Shown in pieces: positions 1 to 13,700 of a stretch of 64,000 bases of DNA (positions within the stretch are counted from its first letter, which is position 1; each line of letters begins with the position of its first letter). Position numbers and translations under genes: made by a program. The stretch comes from Eledone cirrhosa (Eukaryota). The stretch lies in contig OZ024744.1 of assembly GCA_964016885.1 (NCBI GenBank), positions 17,608,001 to 17,672,000 on the forward strand, given 5' to 3'. The notes beneath the pieces were generated by a model. It worked only from the letters and a program-made list of their open reading frames with translations, ran no database searches and had not been told where the DNA came from.

Positions 1-2105
1 ACGTTGACGAGAGCTGATACTCATTGCTGACCTGTACACCATCAGACATTGACGACAGGTTGATACTCATTGCTGACCTGTACACCAGTAGGTATTGACG
101 ACAGGTTGATACTCATTGCTGAACTTTACACCATCAGGTATTGACGGCAGGTTGATACTCATTGCTGACCTGTACACCATCAGACATTGACGGCAGGTTG
201 ATACTCATTGCTGACCTGTACACCATCAGACATTGACGGCAGGTTGATACTCATTGCTGATCTGTACACCATCAGGTATTGACGACAGGTTGATACTCAT
301 TGCTGACCTGTACACCATCATATATTGACGACAGGTTGACACTCATTGCTGACCTGTACACCATCAGACATTGACGGCAGGTTGATACTCATTGCTGACC
401 TGTACACCACCAGATATTGACGACAGTTGATACTCATTGCTGACCTGTACACCATCAGACATTGACGACAGGTTGATACTCATTGCTGACCTGTACACCA
501 TCAGACGTTGACGAGAGTTGATACTCATTGCTTACCTGTACACCATCAGACATTGACGGCAGGTTGGTACTCATTGCTGACCTGTACACAATCAGGTATT
601 CACGACAGGTTGGTACTGATTGTTGACCTGTACACCATCAGGTATTGACGACAGGTTGATACTCATTGCCGACATGTACACCATCAGACATTTACGGCAG
701 GTTGATGCTCATTGCTGACCTGTACACCATCAGGTATTGACGGCAGGTTGATACTCATTGCTGACCTGTACACCATCAGGTATTGACGACAGGTTGATAC
801 TTATTGCTGACCTGTACACCATCAGACGTTGACGGCAGGTTGATACTCATTGCTGACCTGTACACCATCAGACATTGACGGCAGGTTGATACTCATGGCT
901 GACCTGTACACCATCAGACGTTGACGAGAGTTGATACTCATTGCTTACCTGTACACCATCAGACATTGACGGCAGGTTGGTACTCATTGCTGACCTGTAC
1001 ACCATCAGGTATTCAGGACAGGTTGGTACTCATTGTTGACCTGTACACCATCAGACATTGACGACAGGTTGATACTCATTGCTGACCTATACAGCATCAG
1101 ATACAGACGACAGGTTGATACTCATTTTTGACCTGTACACCATCAGACATTGACGACAGGTTGATACTCATTGCTGACCTGTACACCATCAAGTATTTAC
1201 GACAGGTTGATACTCATTGCTGACCTGTACACCATCAGGTATTGACGGCAGGTTGATACTCATTGCTGACCTGTACACCATCAGACATTGACGACAGTTG
1301 ATACTCATTGCTGACTAGTACACCATCAGACATTGACGACAGGTTGATACTCATTGCTGACCTGTACACCAGCAGGTATTGACGACAGGTTGATACTCAT
1401 TGACGACATGTACACCATCAGACATTGACGGCAGGTTGATACTCATTGCTGACCTGTACACCATCAGGTATTGACGGCAGGTTGATACTCATTGCTGACC
1501 TGTACACCATCAGACATTGACGACAGTTGATACTCATTGCTGTCTAGTACACCATCAGACATTGACGACAGGTTGATACTCATTGCTGACCTGTACACCA
1601 GCAGGTATTGACGACAGGTTGATACACATTGACGACATGTACACCATCAGACATTGACGGCAGGTTGATACTCATTGCTGACCTGTATACCATCAGGTAT
1701 TGACGGCAGGTTGATACTCATTGCTGACCTGTACACCATCAGATACTGATGACAGGTTGATACTCATTGTTGACCTGTACACCATCATATATTGACGACA
1801 GGTTGATACTCATTGCTGACCTGTACACCATCAGACATTGACGACAGGTTGGTACTCATTGTTGACCTATACACCATCAGACATTGACGACAGATTGATA
1901 CTCATTGCTGACCTGTACACCATCAGACATTGACGACAGGTTGATACTCATTGCTGACCTGTACACCATCAGACATTGACGACAGGTTTATACTCATTGC
2001 TGAGCTGTACACCATCAGACATTGACGACAGGTTGATACTCATTGCTGACCTGTACACCATCAGATACAGATGACAGGTTGATACTCATTGCTGACCTGT
2101 ACACC
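1..2105. repeat. 46-bp tandem repeat (minisatellite/satellite) array, about 46 units, continuing past the left edge of the window
   Basis: The motif TCATTGCTGA recurs at 21, 67 and 113 (period 46). Consensus GACATTGACGACAGGTTGATACTCATTGCTGACCTGTACACCATCA; common variants are CAGACA/CAGGTA and GACGAC/GACGGC, with occasional 45-bp units. Both strands contain TGA stops. The array ends at ...GACCTGTACACC (2105). Confidence 0.98.
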
Positions 2106-5100
2106 GAAGTCTCGTAGGACAGGAATTGATACAACAATGACGGCTGGAGTCCTAAAAGACAGGAGTTGAGACAACAATGACGCCTGGACACCCGTAAGTC
2201 AGGAGTTGAGACAGCAATAACGGCTGGAGCCCCGGAAGACATGGGTTGAGACAACAATGATGGCTGGTCGCTAGTAAGAATGGAGTTGAGACAGTAATGA
2301 CTGCTGGAGCCCCGTAAGTTTGGAGTTGAGACAACAATCTCGGCTCGAGACCCGTACAACATAAGTTGAGACAGCAATGACGGCTGGAGCGCCGTAAGAC
2401 ATGAGTTGAGACAACAATGACGGCTGGAGCCCCGTAGGAAAGGAGTTGAGACAACAATGATGGCTGGAACCACGTGAGACAGGATTTGAGAAAACAATGA
2501 CGGCTGGAGCACTGCAAGACTGGAGTTGAGACAACAATGACGGCTGGAGCCGTTTAATATAGGAGTTGAAACAACAATCACGGCTGGAACTCCGTAAGAC
2601 ATGAGTTGAGACAACAATGATGGCTAGAACCCCGTAAGACATGATTTGAGACAACAATGACGGCTGAAGTCCCGTAAGACAGGAGTTGATAAAACAATGA
2701 CGGCAGGAGGCACGTAAGACTCGAGTTGAGACAACAATGACGACTAGAGCCCAGTAAGAGAGGAGTTGAGACTGCAATGATGGCTGGTGCCCAGTTAGAC
2801 TGAAGGTGAGACAACAATGACGGCTGGAGCCGCGTAAGATTGGAGTTAAGACACCAATTACGAGTGAAGTCCCGTAAGACAGGAGTTGATACAACAATGA
2901 CGCCTGCATCTCCGTAGGACAGGAGTTGAGACAACAATGACGGCTGGAACCCCATAGGACAGGAGTTGTGACAACAATGACGGCTGTAGCCCCGTAAGAG
3001 AGGAGTTGAGACAGCAATGACGGCTGATATCCCGTACGACAGGAATTGATACAACAATGACCTGTGGATCCCCGTAAGACAGGAGTTGAGACAACAATGA
3101 CGGCTGGAGCCCCGTAAGACAGGAGTTGACATAGCAATGACCCCTAGTGCACCGTAAGACATGTGTTGAGACAACAATGAGGGCCGGAGCCCCGTGAGAC
3201 AGGAGTTGAGTCAGCAATGATGGCTGGTGCCCAGTGAGACTGGAGTTAAGACAGCAATGACTGCTGGAGTCCCGTAAGATTGGACTTCAAACAAAAACTC
3301 AGCTGGAGACCCGTAAGACATAAGTTGAGACAAAAATGACGTATGGAGCCCCGTGAGACTAGAGTTGAGACAACAATGACGACTGGAGCCCTGTAAGACA
3401 GGAGTTGAGACAACAATGACGGCTGGAGCCCCGTAAGACAGGAGTTGAGTAAACAATGACGGCTGGAGCCCCGTAAGACAGGAGTTGAGTAAACAATGAC
3501 GGCTGGAGCCCCGTAAGACAGGAGTTGAGTAAACAATGACGGCTGGAGCCCCGTAAGACAGGAGTTGAGTAAACAATGACGGCTGGAGCCCCGTAAGACA
3601 GGAGTTGAGACAACAATGACGGCTGGAGCCCCGTAAGACAGGAGTTGAGTAAACAATGACGGCTGGAGCCCCGTAAGACAGGAGTTGAGACGACAATGAC
3701 GACTGGAGCCCCGTAAGACAGGAGTTGAGTAAACAATGACGGCTGGAGCCCCGTAAGACAGGAGTTGAGACAACAATGACGACTGTAGTCCCGTAATCCA
3801 GGAGTTGAGACAACAATGACCGCTTGAGCCCTGTAAGATTGGAGTTAAGACAACAATCTCGGCTGGAGACCCGTAAGACAGGAGTTGAGACAACAATGAC
3901 GGCTAGCGCCCTGTAAGACATGAGTTGAGACAACAATGACGGCTGGAGCCCCGTAGGAAAGGAGTTGAGACAACAATGACGGCTAGAACCACGTGAGACA
4001 GGATTTGAGACAACAATGACGGCTGGAGCACTGTAAGACTGGAGTTGATACAACAATGACGGCTGGAGCCGTTTAAGGTAGGAGTTGAGACATCAATCAC
4101 GGCTGAAACTCCGTAAGACATGAGTTGAAACGACAATGACGGCTGAAGTCCCGTAAGACAGGAGTTGGAGACAACAATGACGGCTGGAGCCCCTTAAGAC
4201 AGGAGTTGAGACAGCAATGACGGCTGGAGCCCTGTAGGACAGGAGTTGAGACAACAATGACGGTAGGAGCCCCGTAAGACTCGAGTTGAGACAACAATGA
4301 CGACTAGAGCCCAGTAAGACAGGAGTTGAGACTGCATTGACGGCTGGAGCCCCGTGGGACAAGAGTTGAGACAACAATGACGGCTGAAGCCCCGTAGGAA
4401 AGGAGTTGAAACAACAATGACGGCTGGAGCCCCGTAAGACAGGAGTTGAGATAGCAATGACCCCTAGTGCACCGTAAGACATGTGTTGAGACAACAATGA
4501 GGGCCGGAGCCCCGTGAGACAGGAGTTGAGTCAGCAATGATGGCTGGTGCCCAGTAAGACTGGAGTTAAGATAGCAATGACTGCTGGGGTCCCGTAAGAT
4601 TGGACTTCAAACAAAAATCTCAGCTGGAGACCCGTAAGACATAAGTTGAGACAAAAATGACGTATGGAGCCCCGTGAGACTAGAGTTGAGACAACAATGA
4701 CGACTGGAGCCCTGTAAGACAGGAGTTGAGACAACAATGACGGCTGGAGCCCCGTAAGACAGGAGTTGAGTAAACAATGACGGCTGGAGCCCCGTAAGAC
4801 AGGAGTTGAGTAAACAATGACGGCTGGAGCCCCGTAAGACAGGAGTTGAGTAAACAATGACGGCTGGAGCCCCGTAAGACAGGAGTTGAGTAAACAATGA
4901 CGGCTGGAGCCCCGTAAGACAGGAGTTGAGACAACAATGACGGCTGGAGCCCCGTAAGACAGGAGTTGAGTAAACAATGACGGCTGGAGCCCCGTAAGAC
5001 AGGAGTTGAGACAACAATGACGACTGGAGCCCCGTAAGACAGGAGTTGAGTAAACAATGACGGCTGGAGCCCCGTAAGACAGGAGTTGAGTAAACAATGA

Positions 5101-8100
5101 CGGCTGGAGCCCCGTAAGACAGGAGTTGAGACAACAATGACGACTGGAGCCCCGTAAGACAGGAGTTGAGACAACAATGACGGCTGGAGCCCCTCAACAC
5201 ATGAGTTGAGTAAACAATGACGGCTGGAGCTCCGTAAGACAGGAGTTGAGACAACAATGACGGCTGGAGCCCAGTAAGACTAGAGTTGTAAAAACAATGA
5301 CGGCTGGAGCCCCGTAAGACTTGAGTTCAGACTGCAATGATGGCTGGTGCCCAGTAAGACTGCAGTTGACACAACTATAACGGCTGGAGCCCCGTAAGGT
5401 TAAAGTTGAGACAGCAATGACGACTGAAGTCCCTTAAGACAGGAGTTGATACAACAATGACGCCTGGATCCCCGTAGGGCAGGAGTTGAGACAGAAATGA
5501 GGGCTGGAGCCCCGTAATACAGAAGTTGAAACAACAATGACGGCTGTAGGCCCGTAAGAATGGAGTTGACACAACAATCCTGTAGACCTGTAAGACACAA
5601 CAATCCTGGAGACCTGTAATACATGAGTTGAGACAGTAATGACGGCTGGAGCCCCATAAGACAGGAGTTGAGACAACAATGACGGCTGGAGCCCCGTAAG
5701 ACAGGAGTTGAGACATAAAAGACGGCTGGAGCCCCGTAAGACAGGAGTTGATACAACAATGACGGCTGGAGCCGCGTAAGACAGGAGTTGATACAACAAT
5801 GACGGCTGGAGCCGCGTAAGACAGGAGTTGAGACAACAATGACGGCTGGAGCCACGTGAGACAGGAGTTGAGACAACAATGACGGTTGGAGCCTCGTGAG
5901 ACAGGAGTTGAGACAACAATGACGGCTGGATTACCGTAAGACTTGAGTTGAGACAACAATGACGACTGTAGTCCCGTAATCCAGGAGTTGAGACAACAAT
6001 GACCGCTTGAGCCCTGTAAGATTGGAGTTAAGACAACAATCTCGGCTGGAGACCCGTAAGACAGGAGTTGAGACAACAATGACGGCTAGCGCCCTGTAAG
6101 ACATGAGTTGAGACAACAATGACGGCTGGAGCCCCGTAGGAAAGGTGTTGAGACAACAATGACGGCTGGAACCACGTGAGACAGGATTTGAGACAACAAT
6201 GACGGCTGGAGCACTGTAAGACTGGAGTTGATACAACAATGACGGCTGGAGCCGTTTAAGGTAGGAGTTGAGACATCAATCACGGCTGAAACTCCGTAAG
6301 ACATGAGTTGAAACGACAATGACGGCTGAAGTCCCGTAAGACAGGAGTTGATAAAACAATGACGGCTGGAGCCCCTTAAGACAGGAGTTGAGACAGCAAT
6401 GACGGCTGGAGCCCTGTAGGACAGGAGTTGAGACAACAATGACGGTAGGAGCCCCGTAAGACTCGAGTTGAGACAACAATGACGACTAGAGCCCAGTAAG
6501 ACAGGAGTTGAGACTGCATTGACGGCTGGAGCCCCGTGGGACAAGAGTTGAGACAACAATGACGGCTGAAGCCCCGTAGGAAAGGAGTTGAAACAACAAT
6601 GACGGCTGGAGCCCCGTAAGACAGGAGTTGAGATAGCAATGACCCCTAGTGCACCGTAAGACATGTGTTGAGACAACAATGAGGGCCGGAGCCCCGTGAG
6701 ACAGGAGTTGAGTCAGCAATGATGGCTGGTGCCCAGTAAGACTGGAGTTAAGATAGCAATGACTGCTGGAGTCCCGTAAGATTGGACTTCAAACAAAAAT
6801 CTCAGCTGGAGACCCGTAAGACATAAGTTGAGACAACAATGACGTATGGAGCCCCGTGAGACTAGAGTTGAGACAACAATGACGACTGGAGCCCTGTAAG
6901 ACAGGAGTTGAGACAACAATGACGGCTGGAGCCCCGTAAGACAGGAGTTGAGTAAACAATGACGGCTGGAGCTCCGTAAGACAGGAGTTGAGACAACAAT
7001 GACGGCTGGAGCCCAGTAAGACTAGAGTTGTAAAAACAATGACGGCTGGAGCCCCGTAAGACTTGAGTTCAGACTGCAATGATGGCTGGTGCCCAGTAAG
7101 ACTGCAGTTGACACAACTATGACGGCTGGAGCCCCGTAAGGTTAAAGTTGAGACAGCAATGACGGCTGAAGTCCCTTAAGACAGGAGTTGATACAACAAT
7201 GGCGCCAGGATCCCCGTAGGGCAGGAGTTGAGACAGAAATGAGGGCTGGAGCCCCGTAATACAGAAGTTGAAACAACAATGACGGCTGTAGCCCCGTAAG
7301 AATGGAGTTGACACAACAATCCTGAAGACCTGTAATACATGAGTTGAGACAGTAATGACGGCTGGAGCCCCGTAAGACATGAGTTGAGACAACAATGACG
7401 GCTGGAGCCCCGTAAGACAGGAGTTGAGACATAAAAGACGGCTGGAGCCCCGTAAGACAGGAGTTGATACAACAATGACGGCTGGAGCCGCGTAGGACAG
7501 GAGTTGATACAGCAATGACGGCTGGAGCCGCGTAAGACAGGAGTTGAGACAACAATGACGCCTGGAGCCACGTGAGACTGGAATTGAGACAGCATTGACG
7601 GTTTGAGCCCTGTGAGACAGGAGTTGAGACAGTAATGATGGCTGGAGTCACGTAAGACAGGAGATGAGAAAACAACGACGACTGGAGCCCCGTAGGACAT
7701 GAGTTGAGACAACAATGACGGCTGGAATCCCGTAAGACTTGAATTGAGACAACAATGACGACTGTAGACCCGTAATACAGGAATTGATACAACAATGACG
7801 GCTGCAGTCCCGTAAGACAGGAGCTGATACAACAATGACGGCTGGAGTCCTAAAAGACAGGAGTTGAGACAACAATGACGCCTGGACACCCGTAAGTCAG
7901 GAGTTGAGACAGCAATAACGGCTGGAGCCCCGGAAGTCATGGGTTGAGACAACAATGATGGCTGGTCGCTAGTAAGAATGGAGTTGAGACAGTAATGACT
8001 GCTGGAGCCCCGTAAGTTTGGAGTTGAGACAACAATCTCGGCTGGAGACCCGTAAGACAGGAGTTGAGACAGCAATGACGGCTAGAGCCCCGTAAGACAG

Positions 8101-10783
8101 GAGTTGAGACAACAATGACGGCTGGAGCCCCATAAGACAGGAGTTGAGACAACAACGACGGTTGGAGCCCCTTAAGACAGGAGTTGAGTCAACAATGACG
8201 GCTGGAGCCCCGTACGATAGGAGATGAGACAACAACGCCGACAAGAGCCTCGTAGGACAGGAGTTGAGACGACAATGACGGCTGGAGTCCTGTAAGACTG
8301 GATTTGAGACAGCCATGAGGGCTGGAGTGCCGTAACACAGGAGATGAGACATCAATGACGGCTGGAGCCCCGTAAGACCGGAGTTGAGACAGCAATAACG
8401 GCTGGAGCCCCGGAAGACATGGGTTGAGACAACAGTGAGGGCTGAAGGCCTGTAAGACAGGAGTGGAGACAGCAATGATGGCTGGTGGCCAGTAAGACTG
8501 GAGTTGAGACAGCAATGACTACTGGAGCCCCGTAAGATTGGAGTTAAGACAAAAATCTCGGCTGGAGACTCGTAAGACATAATTTGAGACAGCAATAACG
8601 TATGGAGCCCCGTCAAACTGGAGTTGAGACAGCAATGACGGCTGGAGCCCCGTAAGACGGGAGTTGAGACAATAATGTCGGCTGGAGCCCCGTAAGGCAG
8701 GAGTTGAGACAGCAATGACGGCTGGAGACCAATAAGATAGGAGTTGAGACAACAATGACGGCTGAAGCCCCGTAAGAATTGAGTTGAGGCAACAATGATG
8801 GCTGGAGCACCGTAAGATAGGAGTTAAGACAGTAATGACGGCTGGAGCCCCGTAAGACAGGAGTTGATACAGCAATGACGGCTGGAGCCCCATAAGACAG
8901 GAGTTGCGACAACAACGACGGTTGGAGCCCCGTAAGATAGAAGCTGAGACAACAATGACGGCTGGAGCCCCGTACTATAGAAGATGAGACAACAATGACG
9001 ACTGGAGCCTCGTAGGACAGGAGTTGAGACAGCAATAACGGCTGGAGCCCCGTAAGATTGGAGTTGAGACAAAAATCTCGGCTGGAGACCCGTAAGACAT
9101 AACTTGAGACAGCAATGAATTATGGAGCCCCGTCAAACTGGAGTTGAGACAGCAATGACGGCTGGAGACCAATAAGACAGGAGTTGAGACAACAATGACG
9201 GCTGGAGCCCCGTAAGACTTGAGTTGCGGCAACAATGTCGGCTGGAACCCCGTAAGATAGGAGTTAAGACAGTATTGACGGCTGAAGTCCCGTAAGACAG
9301 GAGTTGATACAACAATGACGCCTCGAACCCTGTAGGACAGGAGTTGAGACAACAATGACGGCTGGAGTCCCGTAGGAAAGGAGTTGAGACAACAATGACC
9401 GCTTGAGCCCTGTAAGATTGGAGTTAAGACAACAATCTCGGCTGGAGACCCGTAAGACAGGAGTTGAGACAACAATGACGGCTAGCGCCCTGTAAGACAT
9501 GAGTTGAGACAACAATGACGGCTGGAGCCCCGTAGGAAAGGAGTTGAGACAACAATGACGGCTGGAACCACGTGAGACAGGATTTGAGACAACAATGACG
9601 GCTGGAGCACTGTAAGACTGGAGTTGATACAACAATGACGGCTGGAGCCGTTTAAGGTAGGAGTTGAGACATCAATCACGGCTGAAACTCCGTAAGACAT
9701 GAGTTGAAACGACAATGACGGCTGAAGTCCCGTAAGACAGGAGTTGATAAAACAATGACGGCTGGAGCCCCTTAAGACAGGAGTTGAGACAGCAATGACG
9801 GCTGGAGCCCTGTAGGACAGGAGTTGAGACAACAATGACGGTAGGAGCCCCGTAAGACTCGAGTTGAGACAACAATGACGACTAGAGCCCAGTAAGACAG
9901 GAGTTGAGACTGCATTGACGGCTGGAGCCCCGTGGGACAAGAGTTGAGACAACAATGACGGCTGAAGCCCCGTAGGAAAGGAGTTGAAACAACAATGACG
10001 GCTGGAGCCCCGTAAGACAGGAGTTGAGATAGCAATGACCCCTAGTGCACCGTAAGACATGTGTTGAGACAACAATGAGGGCCGGAGCCCCGTGAGACAG
10101 GAGTTGAGTCAGCAATGATGGCTGGTGCCCAGTAAGACTGGAGTTAAGATAGCAATGACTGCTGGAGTCCCGTAAGATTGGACTTCAAACAAAAATCTCA
10201 GCTGGAGACCCGTAAGACATAAGTTGAGACAACAATGACGTATGGAGCCCCGTGAGACTAGAGTTGAGACAACAATGACGACTGGAGCCCTGTAAGACAG
10301 TAGTTGAGACAACAATGACGGCTGGAGCCCCGTAAGACAGGAGTTGAGTAAACAATGACGGCTGGAGCTCCGTAAGACAGGAGTTGAGACAACAATGACG
10401 GCTGGAGCCCAGTAAGACTAGAGTTGTAAAAACAATGACGGCTGGAGCCCCGTAAGACTTGAGTTCAGACTGCAATGATGGCTGGTGCCCAGTAAGACTG
10501 CAGTTGACACAACTATGACGGCTGGAGCCCCGTAAGGTTAAAGTTGAGACAGCAATGACGGCTGAAGTCCCTTAAGACGGGAGTTGATACAACAATGGCG
10601 CCAGGATCCCCGTAGGGCAGGAGTTGAGACAGAAATGAGGGCTGGAGCCCCGTAATACAGAAGTTGAAACAACAATGACGGCTGTAGCCCCGTAAGAATG
10701 GAGTTGACACAACAATCCTGTAGACCTGTAAGACACAACAATCCTGGAGACCTGTAATACATGAGTTGAGACAGTAATGACGG

Positions 10784-13700
10784 CTGGAGCCCCGTAGGAC
10801 ATGAGTTGAGACAACAATGACGGCTGGAATCCCGTAAGACTTGAATTGAGACAACAATGACGACTGTAGACCCGTAATACAGGAATTGATACAACAATGA
10901 CGGCTGCAGTCCCGTAAGACAGGAGCTGATACAACAATGACGGCTGGAGTCCTAAAAGACAGGAGTTGAGACAACAATGACGCCTGGACACCCGTAAGTC
11001 AGGAGTTGAGACAGCAATAACGGCTGGAGCCCCGGAAGACATGGGTTGAGACAACAATGATGGCTGGTCGCTAGTAAGAATGGAGTTGAGACAGTAATGA
11101 CTGCTGGAGCCCCGTAAGTTTGGAGTTGAGACAACAATCTCGGCTGGAGACCCGTAAGACAGGAGTTGAGACAGCAATGACGGCTAGAGCCCCGTAAGAC
11201 AGGAGTTGAGACAACAATGACGGCTGGAGCCCCATAAGACAGGAGTTGAGACAACAACGACGGTTGGAGCCCCTTAAGACAGGAGTTGAGTCAACAATGA
11301 CGGCTGGAGCCCCGTACGATAGGAGATGAGACAACAACGCCGACTAGAGCCTCGTAGGACAGGAGTTGAGACGACAATGACGGCTGGAGTCCTGTAAGAC
11401 TGGATTTGAGACAGCCATGAGGGCTGGAGTGCCGTAACACAGGAGATGAGACATCAATGACGGCTGGAGCCCCGTAAGACCGGAGTTGAGACAGCAATAA
11501 CGGCTGGAGCCCCGGAAGACATGGGTTAAGACAACAGTGAGGGCTGAAGGCCTGTAAGACAGGAGTGGAGACAGCAATGATGGCTGGTGGCCAGTAAGAC
11601 TGGAGTTGAGACAGCAATGACTACTGGAGCCCCGTAAGATTGGAGTTAAGACAAAAATCTCGGCTGGAGACTCGTAAGACATAATTTGAGACAGCAATAA
11701 CGTATGGAGCCCCGTCAAACTGGAGTTGAGACAGCAATGACGGCTGGAGCCCCGTAAGACGGGAGTTGAGACAATAATGTCGGCTGGAGCCCCGTAAGGC
11801 AGGAGTTGAGACAGCAATGACGGCTGGAGACCAATAAGATAGGAGTTGAGACAACAATGACGGCTGAAGCCCCGTAAGAATTGAGTTGAGGAAACAATGA
11901 TGGCTGGAGCACCGTAAGATAGGAGTTAAGACAGTAATGACGGCTGGAGCCCCGTAAGACAGGAGTTGATACAGCAATGACGGCTGGAGCCCCATAAGAC
12001 AGGAGTTGCGACAACAACGACGGTTGGAGCCCCGTAAGATAGAAGCTGAGACAACAATGACGGCTGGAGCCCCGTACTATAGAAGATGAGACAACAATGA
12101 CGACTGGAGCCTCGTAGGACAGGAGTTGAGACAGCAATAACGGCTGGAGCCCCGTAAGATTGGAGTTGAGAGAAAAATCTCGGCTGGAGACCCGTAAGAC
12201 ATAACTTGAGACAGCAATGAATTATGGAGCCCCGTCAAACTGGAGTTGAGACAGCAATGACGGCTGGAGACCAATAAGACAGGAGTTGAGACAACAATGA
12301 CGGCTGGAGCCCCGTAAGACTTGAGTTGCGGCAACAATGTCGGCTGGAACCCCGTAAGATAGGAGTTAAGACAGTATTGACGGCTGAAGTCCCGTAAGAC
12401 AGGAGTTGATACAACAATGACGCCTCGAACCCTGTAGGACAGGAGTTGAGACAACAATGACGGCTGGAGTCCCGTAGGAAAGGAGTTGAGACAAAAATGA
12501 CGGCTGGAACCACGTGAGACAGGATTTGAGACAACAATGACGGCTGGAGCACTGTAAGACTGGAGTTGATACAACAATGACGGCTGGAGCCGTTTAAGAT
12601 AGCAGTTGAGACAACAATCACGGCTGGAACTCCGTAAGACATGAGTTGAGACAACAATGACGGCTGAAGTCCCGTAAGACAGGAGTTGATAAAACAATGA
12701 CGGCTGAACCCCCTTAGGAAAGGAGTTGAGACAGCAATGACGGCTGGAGCCCTGTAGGACAGGAGTTGAGACAACAATGACGGCAGGAGCCCTGTAAGAC
12801 TCGAGTTGAGACAACAATGACGACTAGAGCCCAGAAAGACAGGAGTTGAGACTGCAATGATGGCTGGTGCCCAGTTAGACTGAAGGTGAGACAACAATGA
12901 CGGCTGGAGCCGCGTAAGATTGGAGTTAAGACACCAATTACGAGTGAAGTCCCGTAAAACAGGAGTTGATACAACAATGACGCCTGCATCTCCGTAGGAC
13001 AGGAGTTGAGACAACAATGACGGCTGGAATCCCATAGAACAGGAGTTGAGACAACAATGACGGCTGGAACCCCATAGGACAGGAGTTGTGACAACAATGA
13101 CGGCTGTAGCCCCGTAAGAGAGGAGTTGAGACAGCAATGACGGCTGATATCCCGTACGACAGGAATTGATACAACAATGACCTGTGGATCCCCGTAGGAC
13201 AGGAGTTGAGACAACAATTACGGCTGGAGTACCGTAAGACAGGAGATGAGACAACAAAAACGGCTGGAGCCCCGTAAGACAGGAGTTGAGACAGCCATGA
13301 CCCCTAGTGCACCGTAAGACATGTGTTGAGACAACAATGAGGGCTGGAGCCCCGTGAGACAGGAGTTGAGTCAGCATTGATGGCTGGTGCCCAGTAAGCC
13401 TGGAGTTGAGACAGCAATGACTGCTGGAGTCCCGTAAAATTGGACTTCAAACAAAAATCTCAGCTGGAGACCCGTAAGACATAAGTTGAGACAACAATGA
13501 CGTATGGAGCCCCGTGAGACTGGAGTTGGAGACAACAATGACTGCTAGAGCCCCTTAAGACAGGAGTTGAGACAGCAATGACCCCTAGTGCACCGTAAGA
13601 CATGTGTTGAGACAACAATGAGGGCTGGAGCCCCGTGAGACAGGAGTTGAGTCAGCATTGATGGCTGGTGCCCAGTAAGCCTGGAGTTGAGACAGCAATG

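Noticed and set aside
1-2105. Hammerhead ribozyme in satellite DNA (minus strand contains CTGATGG)
   Set aside because: The conserved core requires CUGAnGA and GAAA; neither is present in the consensus of either satellite.
2015-2617. ORF crossing the 40-mer/46-mer junction with a unique-looking C-terminus
   Set aside because: The tail is just read-through into the 46-bp repeat until its first in-frame stop.
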